From: a bacterium
GTDB taxonomy: Bacteria > Auribacterota > Erginobacteria > Erginobacterales > DAOSXE01
Assembly: GCA_035380285.1 (NCBI GenBank)
Contig: DAOSXE010000012.1
Location: 2,954 to 66,953 of the forward strand
DNA: 64,000 nucleotides
Reading direction: 5' to 3'
Numbering within the stretch: the first letter of the stretch is position 1; every line of letters begins with the position of its first letter. The notes under the pieces were generated by a model, which was not told the origin of the DNA, did no database searches, and was given only the letters and a program-made list of their open reading frames with translations. This document shows, piece after piece, positions 53,097-61,518 of the stretch. The position numbers and the translations under genes are program-made.

Positions 53097-54419
53097 CTAC
53101 CCGACGAAATCCCCGGGCCAGAGGCGCCCGGAGAGCATGGTTGTTTCCACCTCTCCCCGAAGCTCCATGCCCGCGTACGGGGAAAAATCGCAGCGCATGT
53201 GCAGCTCGGCCGGCTGGAGACGGGAGACGCCGTCCGGCCGGTAGACGACCAGATCGGCGGGGGCCCCGGGAGCGATTCCCTCCCTCCCGGGCAGGGCGAA
53301 GATCCCGGCGGCGTTGGTGGAAAGGAGCCGGGCGATCAGCTCCCAGCCGAAACCCCGTTCCCGGGCGGCGGTAACGAAGAGGGGAACACGGTTCTCCACG
53401 CCCGGCAGGCCCATGGGAAGACGGGTGAAATCACCTTCCCCGGCGTCCTTCTGCGCGGCCCAGAACGGGCAATGATCGGTGGCCACGGTCTGAACCTCCC
53501 CCCCGGCCAAGGCCCCCCAGAGAGCCTCGCGGTCCCGGTCGGTCCGAAAGGGCGGCGTGCAGGTATAACGGTGGCCTCCGGGCCGGGCATAAACCTCCTC
53601 GGTGAGCAGGAGGTACTGCGGGCAGGTTTCGGCCTCCACCGCCACTCCCCGCCGGCGGTAGCTCCGGATCACGTCCAACCCGCGCTCCGAAGTCAGGTGA
53701 ACGATATAGACCCTGGTGCCGAAACGGGAGACGCGGGAGAGCAACAGGTCGATGGCCTCGGCTTCCAGTGCCGCGGGCTGGCAACGGGGCAGGGAGGCGA
53801 CGCCCAACTCCCCGCGCCGGCGCAGGCGGGCGACGTTGGCCCGGATCCCGGCCCCCATCTCGGCGTGAACCATGAGCAGGGCTCCCCGCGGAGCCAGCAG
53901 GCGGCATACCCGCTCGACGAAACCGGCATCGACCCGGGGGTCGTTCATGTGGAGCTTGAAGGATCGGGCTCCCGCCGCCATCACCTCGTCGATCTGGGCC
54001 TCGAGGTCGGGCACCTCGTCGCCGAAGGCCTGGTGGAGAAAGCAGCGGCAGCGGCAGCCCGCGGTCATCGCCTCCCGGCGTTCCTTCCAGGAATCGAGCA
54101 AACGCTGCCCGGGCAGAGGATAGGCGAAATCCCCCAGGGTCGTCGTCCCCCCCCAGAGGGCGGCTTCCGAACCGGACCGGAACCCGTCCGACGAGGTTTG
54201 CCCGCTGGCGGTCAACTGCTGGAGGTGGACGTGGGGATCGATGCCGCCGGGCATGACCACCATCCCCGAGACCGAAAGGGTCCGCTCCCCCCGCAGGGAT
54301 CCGGGGGGCCCGATCTCCGCGATCGCCCCCCCGGCGACGCCGATGTCGGCGGCGCGGGGGCCCTGCGCCAGCACCGCCGTCCCCCCGGCCAAAACCAGAT
54401 CGTGTCCGGATGGGACCAT
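53097..54419 (-). CDS. Cyclic amidohydrolase (dihydropyrimidinase/D-hydantoinase-like)
   Basis: ORF 53097..54419. Metal-ligand motifs are present: GGIDPHVHL, SFKLHM, VHAE, IVHLTS and ATDHCPF. Confidence 0.8.
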   Translation of the reverse strand: MVPSGHDLVLAGGTAVLAQGPRAADIGVAGGAIAEIGPPGSLRGERTLSVSGMVVMPGGIDPHVHLQQLTASGQTSSDGFRSGSEAALWGGTTTLGDFAYPLPGQRLLDSWKERREAMTAGCRCRCFLHQAFGDEVPDLEAQIDEVMAAGARSFKLHMNDPRVDAGFVERVCRLLAPRGALLMVHAEMGAGIRANVARLRRRGELGVASLPRCQPAALEAEAIDLLLSRVSRFGTRVYIVHLTSERGLDVIRSYRRRGVAVEAETCPQYLLLTEEVYARPGGHRYTCTPPFRTDRDREALWGALAGGEVQTVATDHCPFWAAQKDAGEGDFTRLPMGLPGVENRVPLFVTAARERGFGWELIARLLSTNAAGIFALPGREGIAPGAPADLVVYRPDGVSRLQPAELHMRCDFSPYAGMELRGEVETTMLSGRLWPGDFVG

Positions 54420-54551
54420 AGTTTCTTCTCTCCTGTTCGACGGACGTCCTCGGCCGCGGGCGCCCGAAACGGGCCGCCGGGACCGCGAACCCGGCAGAGT
54501 TTAGCAGGAGCTTCCGCCGGGGGCCAGCGGCATTCTCCCTCCCCGAGACGA

Positions 54552-54579
54552 TTGCAATCCCAGGCCCCGTCCTTATAAT
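54552..54579 (+). promoter_or_regulatory. Near-consensus promoter TTGCAA-16-TATAAT ending 8 nt before GTG 54588
   Basis: Plus-strand read: TTGCAAtcccaggccccgtcctTATAATaacgggtcGTG. No Shine-Dalgarno sequence is seen. Confidence 0.55.
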
Positions 54580-54587
54580 AACGGGTC

Positions 54588-55769
54588 GTGAAGATCCTGC
54601 TCGTAACCTCCGACTTCCCCTACCGGGACATCCGTCACGGCGGAGGACAGCTGACAGCGCAATGGATCGAACACCTCGGGCGGCGGCACGACCTCTCCCT
54701 CCTCTCCTTCATCCGCGGGGAGGAGATCCCCTTTCTGGAGGAGACCTCGCGCCGGTTCCGGGAGACCCGGACCGTCCCCGCCCGGAGGGGATGGAGCAGC
54801 CGGCTGCGGCGGCTGCCCATGCTTCTGCGCCACCCTTACCCGGTAGTGGCCACGCACTCCCGGCGGATGGCGCAGGCCGTCAGGGAGATGACGGCGGGGA
54901 ACCGTTTCGACCTGGTCCAGTTCGAGTACTTTCACATGGGCCAGTACCTCCCCTTCGTTCCCCGCGGGACCGCCCGCGTCCTCGTCTACCACGACGTCGT
55001 CACCCCGGTCCTGCGCCAGAGAATCCGCCGGGCCCGCGGGCTCCATAAATTCCTGCTCTACCGGGAGTGGGAACTGAGCCGGTACTGGGAAAAGTGGTTC
55101 GCGATCTGGGCCGGCAACGCCTTCGCCCTCTCTCCCAAAGACCGCCGGGTCATCGACTCCTGGGACGTCGGGGTGCGCAGCTTCGTCCTCCCCCCCCTTC
55201 TCCCCCCCTCCTTCTTCCGCCTGAAACGGCGCGCGCGCAGGGACGGGGAAATCGTCTTCATCGGGGCGATGCACCGGCCCGTGAACCAGGACGCCGCCCG
55301 GTTTCTCCACCGCCTGGTCCTTCCCCTTCTGCGGGAACGGCACCCCGGAGCCAGGATCAGGATCGTGGGCGAAAACCCTCCTTCCTGGCTGCGGCGGCTC
55401 CAGAGCGACTCCTTCATCGTCACCGGCGGGGTCGAGTCCATCGAGCCGTTCCTGGCCGAAGCCGACGCGCTCGCCGTCCCTCTGCGCACGGCGGGAGGTA
55501 TCATCGTCAAGATCCTGCAGGGGATGGCCGCCGCCGTCCCGGTGGTGGCCACCCGGGCGGCCAACGCCGGGATCGGGGGGCGCGACGGCCGGCACTTGCT
55601 GCTGGCCGACCGGCCGGAAGAGTTCGCCGCCGCCCTGGGCTCGCTTCTGGACGATCCCGCCCGGGCCGACGGATTGGGAGCCGGGGGAGCCGAGTTTATC
55701 CGCAGACATTTCGCCCCCGAAGACGTACAATCGGCCATTGACCGGCTCTATGAGGGCTTGACGGAGTGA
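54588..55769 (+). CDS. Glycosyltransferase family 4 (GT-B)
   Basis: ORF 54588..55769. The N-terminus is (V/M)KILLVTSDFPY. The C-terminal half carries an EX7E-like region (ADALAVPLRTAGGIIVKILQGMAAAVPVVAT). Confidence 0.85.
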   Translation: MKILLVTSDFPYRDIRHGGGQLTAQWIEHLGRRHDLSLLSFIRGEEIPFLEETSRRFRETRTVPARRGWSSRLRRLPMLLRHPYPVVATHSRRMAQAVREMTAGNRFDLVQFEYFHMGQYLPFVPRGTARVLVYHDVVTPVLRQRIRRARGLHKFLLYREWELSRYWEKWFAIWAGNAFALSPKDRRVIDSWDVGVRSFVLPPLLPPSFFRLKRRARRDGEIVFIGAMHRPVNQDAARFLHRLVLPLLRERHPGARIRIVGENPPSWLRRLQSDSFIVTGGVESIEPFLAEADALAVPLRTAGGIIVKILQGMAAAVPVVATRAANAGIGGRDGRHLLLADRPEEFAAALGSLLDDPARADGLGAGGAEFIRRHFAPEDVQSAIDRLYEGLTE

Positions 55770-56519
55770 TTGATCCCCATGGCCGAACGTAAGCAGGATC
55801 GAAACCGGGTCCTGGTCGTCATCCCCGCCTACAACGAGGAGAAAACCCTGGGCCATCTGACCCGGGAGATAGCGCGGGTCTACCCGCGTCTCGACATTCT
55901 CGTGGTCGACGACGGCTCCAACGTCCCCCCCCCCCTTCCCGACGGGATCGCGGTCGTCCGCCATCCCTTCAACCTGGGAGACGGCGCCGCCCGACAGACC
56001 GGGTTCCTCTACGCTCTCCGCCGCGGCTACGAATTCGTCATCCATCTGGACGCCGACCGCCAGCATACCCCCCGCGAGATTCCGGTCTTCCTCGACGCCC
56101 TGGAGGGGACCGGGGCCGACCTGGTGGTGGGCTCGCGGTTCATCGGTTCCTGCACCTACCGGGTGCCGGCCGCACGGCGCCTGGGGATGATGATATTCGG
56201 CCTGACCTGCTCCGTCTTCACCGGCAAACGCATCACCGACCCCACCAACGGGTTCCGGGGAATGAACCGCAAAACCCTGCGTCTCTACACCCGGGGTTTC
56301 TATCCCCAGCATTTTCCCGACGCCGACGTCATCATCTCCTCCCATTACGGGGGCTTGCGGATCGTCGAGGTCCCGGTCACGGTGGGGCCGACGCGCTCGG
56401 TCAACCTTCACCGCGGCTGGAAAATCCTTTACTATATCTACAAGATGTTCCTCTCCACCTTCGTGGCCATACTGGGGAGGCGGGAAAAACCTGCAAAGGA
56501 GCCGGGCGGTGCCCCTTAA
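55770..56519 (+). CDS. GT2 polyprenyl-phosphate glycosyltransferase (DPM1/GtrB/ArnC-like)
   Basis: ORF 55770..56519 with a TTG start and an alternative ATG at 55778. VVIPAYNEE, VVDDGS, LDADRQH and a C-terminal TM segment (ILYYIYKMFLSTFVAIL) are present. Confidence 0.8.
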   Translation: MIPMAERKQDRNRVLVVIPAYNEEKTLGHLTREIARVYPRLDILVVDDGSNVPPPLPDGIAVVRHPFNLGDGAARQTGFLYALRRGYEFVIHLDADRQHTPREIPVFLDALEGTGADLVVGSRFIGSCTYRVPAARRLGMMIFGLTCSVFTGKRITDPTNGFRGMNRKTLRLYTRGFYPQHFPDADVIISSHYGGLRIVEVPVTVGPTRSVNLHRGWKILYYIYKMFLSTFVAILGRREKPAKEPGGAP

Positions 56520-56874
56520 ACAGCAACTGATAGCGATCGCGGTGGCGGCGGGGCTGCTGGCCTTCATCATCGAAGCCGTGCGGAGGCGCAAACTTCGGGA
56601 AGAGTACGCCTGGCTCTGGCTCCTGGTGGGAGCGGTCATCGGCCTGCTTTCCCTCTGGCAGGATCTCCTGGGGACGATCACCCGTTTCCTGGGCATCCAG
56701 CTTCCGGTCAACACCGTTTTCTTTTTCGGGATCGCCTTCATCGTTTTCATCAACCTCCACTTCACCATCAAGATTTCGCGCCTCACCGACCAGGTCAAAC
56801 GCCTGACCCAGGAACTGGCGCTTCTGGACGAACGCGTGGGACGGGAAACCCGCGATGGAGACGGGGAAACCTGA
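56509..56874 (+). CDS. DUF2304-like small membrane protein
   Basis: ORF 56509..56874 with a GTG start overlapping the upstream gene by 11 nt. It has three or four TM segments and then a short coiled tail. This family typically partners GT2 enzymes. Confidence 0.6.
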   Translation: MPLKQQLIAIAVAAGLLAFIIEAVRRRKLREEYAWLWLLVGAVIGLLSLWQDLLGTITRFLGIQLPVNTVFFFGIAFIVFINLHFTIKISRLTDQVKRLTQELALLDERVGRETRDGDGET

Positions 56875-57814
56875 TCCGCCCGTCACCGTGGTCATTCCCC
56901 ACCTGGCCGGCGACCGCTGGCTGGGCGAGTGTCTGGAGGCCCTCCGCCGCCAGTCCTTCTCCGATTTCCGGACCGTCCTGGTCGACAACGCCTCCGGCGA
57001 CGGTTCCTCGGCCCGGGCGCGGGAGCGTTACCCGGGGGTCGACGTCGTCCGCAACGCCGAAAACCTGGGATTCGCCGGGGCCTGCGAGGAAGGCCGGCTG
57101 AGAACGCGCTCTCCCCTGCTCGTCTTTCTCAACGACGACGTCGTCCTCGGCCGGGAATGGATGGAACGGATGGTTGCGGCGATGGAGGCGCACCCGGAGA
57201 CCGCGGCCGCGGCCGGCAAGCTGGTGCAGGCGCACAATCCGCAGCGGATCAGCAGCGCCGGCAACCTGGTGCTCCCCAGCGGGTTCGGCCGCGACCGGGG
57301 AGTGGGCGAACCGGACGGGGGGCGGTTCGACCTCCCGGCGGAGGTCTTCTGGGCCAGCGGGGCCGCCTGCATGATCCGCCGACGGGTGCTGGACGAATGC
57401 GGGGGATGGGATCGGAGTTTCTTCGCTTATTTCGAGGACATAGACCTGGGGCTGCGCGCGCGGCTGCGGGGGCATGTCTGCAGCTACGTCCCGGAGGCGG
57501 CGGGCCGGCATCGGGGGGGGGCGACGGCGGCGGGGTTTCCCCGCCTGGCCTCGGAACTGCTCTTCCGCAACGCCGCCGCCGTCGCCGTCAAGAACTTCCC
57601 CGGACGGGTCCTGGGGCGCCGTCTCCCCTCCGTCCTCGGCGCCCATGCCCGGGCGCTCCTCTATCTCACGCTCAAGGGCCACGCCGCGGCCGCCGTCCGG
57701 GGCGAGATTTCCCTCCTCCGCCGGCTCCCCCGCTTGCTGGAGCAGCGCCGGAAGATCCAGAAATCCCGGATTATCTCCGCGGAGCGCTTCGAAAAGATCT
57801 TCGATCTGGGTTGA
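56855..57814 (+). CDS. Glycosyltransferase family 2
   Basis: ORF 56855..57814. VTVVIPHLAG, LVDNASGDGS, NLGFAGA and FFAYFEDIDLGLR are present. The start is uncertain, with an alternative GTG at 56888. Confidence 0.85.
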   Translation: METGKPDPPVTVVIPHLAGDRWLGECLEALRRQSFSDFRTVLVDNASGDGSSARARERYPGVDVVRNAENLGFAGACEEGRLRTRSPLLVFLNDDVVLGREWMERMVAAMEAHPETAAAAGKLVQAHNPQRISSAGNLVLPSGFGRDRGVGEPDGGRFDLPAEVFWASGAACMIRRRVLDECGGWDRSFFAYFEDIDLGLRARLRGHVCSYVPEAAGRHRGGATAAGFPRLASELLFRNAAAVAVKNFPGRVLGRRLPSVLGAHARALLYLTLKGHAAAAVRGEISLLRRLPRLLEQRRKIQKSRIISAERFEKIFDLG

Positions 57815-57844
57815 GGCGCGGCGGCGGGAACAGGGTAAAGCCGG

Positions 57845-57873
57845 TTGCCAAAGCGCGGTTTTTCCTCCATATT
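57845..57873 (+). promoter_or_regulatory. Candidate promoter TTGCCA-17-CATATT ending 8 nt before ATG 57882
   Basis: Plus-strand read: TTGCCAaagcgcggtttttcctcCATATTgcatgggcATG. Confidence 0.4.
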
Positions 57874-57881
57874 GCATGGGC

Positions 57882-58790
57882 ATGAATCCGAAAATCGCCA
57901 TCGTCGTCCTCAACTGGAACGGGCTGGAAGACACCCTCGACTGCCTTACCTCCCTGGACCGTTTCGGCTACGACGGGCTCAACCGGATCGTGGTGGACAA
58001 CGGCTCCGACGACGGTTCCGCCGAGCTGGTCGCCCGGCGTTACCCCGGGATCACCCTGATCCGGCTTCCCGAGAACCGGGGTTTCACCGGAGGGATCAAC
58101 ACCGGGATCAAGCGCGCCCTGGCCGACGGCGCCGATTTCATCTGCCTGCTCAACAACGACACCGTCGTCACCGCCGGGTTCCTGGAAAAGCTGCTGGAAG
58201 CCGCCGCCAAAAATCCCCGGGCCGGGGTGCTCGCCCCCCGGGTCAATTACGCCCGGGATCCCGAACTGGTCTGGAGCCAGGGCATCGCCGTCAACCGCCT
58301 GACCGGCCGTATCCTCACCCCCCATTGCGGCCGTCCCGTCGCCAAGGCTCCGGGCCGGGTGGAGGACGTCTCCGCTGTCTCCGGCGCGGTCATGCTCGTT
58401 CCCCGCGAGACTTTCGAAACGGTGGGACTGTTCGACGAACGCTATTTTCTCTGCTTCGAAGACGTCGACTTCTGTCTCCGGGTCCGCCGGACGGGCAAGC
58501 AGGTTCTGGTCGTCCCCCAGTCCCTGGTCTACCATAAGGTCAGCGTCTCCATGGGGGGCGAAGGGTCCAGCGCCATCATCTACTATTCCACCCGCAACCA
58601 GCTGCGGGCGCTCAACACCCGGCTCCCCATGCCCTGGTTCTGGCGGCCGCAACGTAATCTTTTCATCATGGGCTACACCCTCTTCTTCACCCTGATCACA
58701 TCCCGGACCCCGCTCGGGGAAGGGCTGCGAACCTGGGGACGGGGGCTCTCCGACTACTTCCGCGGCGTCGGGGGGATGAAGAGCCGATGA
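57882..58790 (+). CDS. Glycosyltransferase family 2
   Basis: ORF 57474..58790 trimmed to ATG 57882 (MNPKIAIVVLNWNG), with an alternative ATG at 57876. VVDNGSDDGS, NRGFTGG and FLCFEDVDFCLR are present. Confidence 0.85.
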   Translation: MNPKIAIVVLNWNGLEDTLDCLTSLDRFGYDGLNRIVVDNGSDDGSAELVARRYPGITLIRLPENRGFTGGINTGIKRALADGADFICLLNNDTVVTAGFLEKLLEAAAKNPRAGVLAPRVNYARDPELVWSQGIAVNRLTGRILTPHCGRPVAKAPGRVEDVSAVSGAVMLVPRETFETVGLFDERYFLCFEDVDFCLRVRRTGKQVLVVPQSLVYHKVSVSMGGEGSSAIIYYSTRNQLRALNTRLPMPWFWRPQRNLFIMGYTLFFTLITSRTPLGEGLRTWGRGLSDYFRGVGGMKSR

Positions 58791-60409
58791 CGGCAGGCGG
58801 CGGCGTCAGCTCGCGGGCCGTGGCGGGCCTGGCCCTGGGGGCGTTTCTTTTCTATCTCATCCCCTTCATCGCCAGCACCGAACTGGTTTCGCCGGACGAC
58901 ATGATCTACGATTTTTATTCCACCAACCTGGCCGAAACCGGAGGCTTCGGGTACGTCCCCCCCGGAGACGCCTTCTTCGGCCGAACCGGGTTCACCCCCC
59001 GCTACTTCATTTACGCCGGCGGCGGGGAGAAGACCTTCCCCCGGAAGTTCCCGGGGTTCATCCTGGCCTGGGCCGGCTGGAAAGCGCTCCTCCCCTCCTT
59101 CCCGGGGAAGCTGATCAACCCCGCCGCCGCCGCCGCCGCCGTCGTTCTCGTGTACCTGATCGCGCGACGCTTTCATCCCCGCGGCCCCGCGGCCGCGGGG
59201 GCCGCCGTCCTGCTGGCGGTCAATCCGATCCTCATTCACCGCGCCTACATGTACAACCCCACCGTCTTCAACCTCCTTTTCTTCCTGCTCTCCCTCTGGT
59301 TCCTCCTGGAAGCCGTCTGCCGCGGAGGCACGGTCTGGTTCGCGCTCCTGGGGCTGGCCTCCGGTTGTTTCCTATGGATCCGGCCCACCAACGTCGTCTA
59401 TCTGGCCGGCCTGGCGGGGCTGATTTTCTGGGAGCGGCGGCGGGTACGCGGACCGGCACGGTTTCTCCTCTCCCTGGCGGTCCTGGCGGCCGGGGTCGGG
59501 GCGCTGCTCTGGTACAACTCGCGGGTCTTCGGAAGCTGGCTCTCCCTGGGGTACACCGCGGCCACGCGGGTGAGCGGCGAAGTCATGGGGGTCAAGGCCC
59601 CCCTCAGCGTCGCCCGCATCCTCGACTACCTCAATTTTCACCCCTCCATCTGGATCAACCATGTGCGCATGCTCCCGCTGACGCTCACCCTGGCCTTCCC
59701 CCCCCTGGTCCTGGCACTGATCGGCATCTTCGGGGGCGACGACGAACCGGACCGACCCCGTTTCCGGCCCTTCTACCTGCTGCTGTTCGCCCTGGCGGTC
59801 GGCTTCTTCTCCAATTTCGGGACGTACGGGCACGAAGAAGGGGAACTGACCCTCCACTCCTCTTTCCTCCGCTATCTCCTCCCCGCCCTGGCGCTGCTCT
59901 GCATTCCGGCGGCGGCGGCGATCGGACGTTTCCCCCGCCCCCGCCGGGCGCTGGCCGCGGCCGTCGGCCTCTCCCTGGCCGTAGCGGTGCTCGCCCCCGG
60001 GGGAGTCGTGGAGACGACGCTGCAGAGCGCCTACTACGGTTCGGTCCGCGTATTTATCATGAACCGGGTCCCGGCTTCGGGCGTGCTCTTCAGCCACTAC
60101 TGGGACAAGACCGCCTTCCCGGAACGGACGGTCTACACCCACGGGACCCAGCTCCCCGAACCCGGAGTCGGCGACGCGGTGGCGGACGTCCTGGCTCGGG
60201 GCCGTGAAGCCTGGACCACTTCGCACCCCTGCGACGCTCTCATCCGGGAGGAAGCCGCCCGGAGGGGATGGCCGCTCGAACCCCACCCCGGCCCGGAAGC
60301 GCTTTCCCCGGTGCTGCGGAAGGCGTCCGCGTTCATCCCCCCCTCGCTCTATCCCCTGACCCTCTACCGGATCCGGCCCGGCGGGGCGGCGGGGAAAACG
60401 GCGCCATGA
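58787..60409 (+). CDS. GT-C-fold membrane glycosyltransferase (ArnT/PMT-like)
   Basis: ORF 58787..60409 with the ATG overlapping the upstream stop (ATGA). It has about 11 TM segments, an acidic first-loop motif (SPDDMIYD) and a C-terminal soluble domain. Confidence 0.65.
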   Translation: MTAGGGVSSRAVAGLALGAFLFYLIPFIASTELVSPDDMIYDFYSTNLAETGGFGYVPPGDAFFGRTGFTPRYFIYAGGGEKTFPRKFPGFILAWAGWKALLPSFPGKLINPAAAAAAVVLVYLIARRFHPRGPAAAGAAVLLAVNPILIHRAYMYNPTVFNLLFFLLSLWFLLEAVCRGGTVWFALLGLASGCFLWIRPTNVVYLAGLAGLIFWERRRVRGPARFLLSLAVLAAGVGALLWYNSRVFGSWLSLGYTAATRVSGEVMGVKAPLSVARILDYLNFHPSIWINHVRMLPLTLTLAFPPLVLALIGIFGGDDEPDRPRFRPFYLLLFALAVGFFSNFGTYGHEEGELTLHSSFLRYLLPALALLCIPAAAAIGRFPRPRRALAAAVGLSLAVAVLAPGGVVETTLQSAYYGSVRVFIMNRVPASGVLFSHYWDKTAFPERTVYTHGTQLPEPGVGDAVADVLARGREAWTTSHPCDALIREEAARRGWPLEPHPGPEALSPVLRKASAFIPPSLYPLTLYRIRPGGAAGKTAP

Positions 60410-61518
60410 TCGTCTACATTACCCGGAAGTTTCCCCCCTCCATCGGGGGCATGCAGCGTTTCAACCAGAAACTGACCGAGAACCTGGCCGGAAAGATCCC
60501 TTTCCGGCTGATCGCCTGGGGACGGTCGCAGCGGTTGATGCCCTGCTTCCTCGTATACGCCGCCCTGAAAACGCTCCGGCTGGGGATGCGGGGGGAGGTA
60601 ACCGCCGTCTACCTCTCCGACGGCCTGATGGCGCCCCTGGGCGTGGTCCTGAAAAAACTGCTCGGGGTGCCGGTGGCGGTCAACATTCACGGCCGGGATA
60701 TCGCCTTCGCCTTCCCCGGATATCTGACCGTGGTCCCCTGGGCCCTGCGCCGCCTCGACCGCGTCATCTGCGTCAGCCGGTCGCTGCGGGAAATCTGCCG
60801 CGGCTACGGGGTGCCGGAGAAGATCCTCGAGGTCATTCCCAACGGCGTCGACGTCGCCGACTTCGCCTGGACCCGGGAAGAGCGCCCGGACCGCGTCCTG
60901 GGCCGGGACTTTTCCGGGAAAACCGTTTTGGTCACGGTCGGGCGCCTGGTTCCCAAGAAAGGAGTCGACCGGTTCGTCCGGGATATCCTCCCCGCCATCG
61001 TCCGCGCCGAACCCGCCGTCGTCTATCTGGTGGCCGGAGACGGCCCCCTGCGCGAAGAGATCGTCCGAACCGCCCGCGCCGCCGGGGTCGAAGAGAACCT
61101 GGTCATGCTCGGGGACCTGCCCATGAAGGGAGACCTGCTCAAGGCCGCGTACTGCGCCGCCGATATCTTCGTCATGCCCAACGTCCGGGTCTCCGGCGAC
61201 ATCGAGGGCTTCGGCATCGTGGCCATCGAGGGGGGGGCCGCCGGGCTGCCGGTGGTGGCTTCGAAGCTGCAGGGGATCCGCGAGGCCGTCGTCGAGGGCG
61301 AGAACGGCGACCTCCTGCCCTGGGACGATCCCGGAGCCTTCGTGGACGCCCTTCTCTCCCTGATCCGGGACCCGGCCCGGCGCCGCCGAGCGGGGGACCG
61401 GGCCCGCGCCTTCGTCGCCGAACGCTACGGCTGGGATTCCATCGCCGGACGCTATGCGTCCGTCTTCCGCCGCCTCGTCGACGCCGGCGCGTCGACGCGG
61501 CGCCCGGTCAGCGGGTAG
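60406..61518 (+). CDS. Glycosyltransferase family 4 (GT-B)
   Basis: ORF 60268..61518 trimmed to ATG 60406 (MIVYITRKFPPSIGGMQ), overlapping the upstream stop (ATGA). FVMPNVRVSGDIEGFGIVAIEGGAAGLPVVAS is present. Confidence 0.85.
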   Translation: MIVYITRKFPPSIGGMQRFNQKLTENLAGKIPFRLIAWGRSQRLMPCFLVYAALKTLRLGMRGEVTAVYLSDGLMAPLGVVLKKLLGVPVAVNIHGRDIAFAFPGYLTVVPWALRRLDRVICVSRSLREICRGYGVPEKILEVIPNGVDVADFAWTREERPDRVLGRDFSGKTVLVTVGRLVPKKGVDRFVRDILPAIVRAEPAVVYLVAGDGPLREEIVRTARAAGVEENLVMLGDLPMKGDLLKAAYCAADIFVMPNVRVSGDIEGFGIVAIEGGAAGLPVVASKLQGIREAVVEGENGDLLPWDDPGAFVDALLSLIRDPARRRRAGDRARAFVAERYGWDSIAGRYASVFRRLVDAGASTRRPVSG

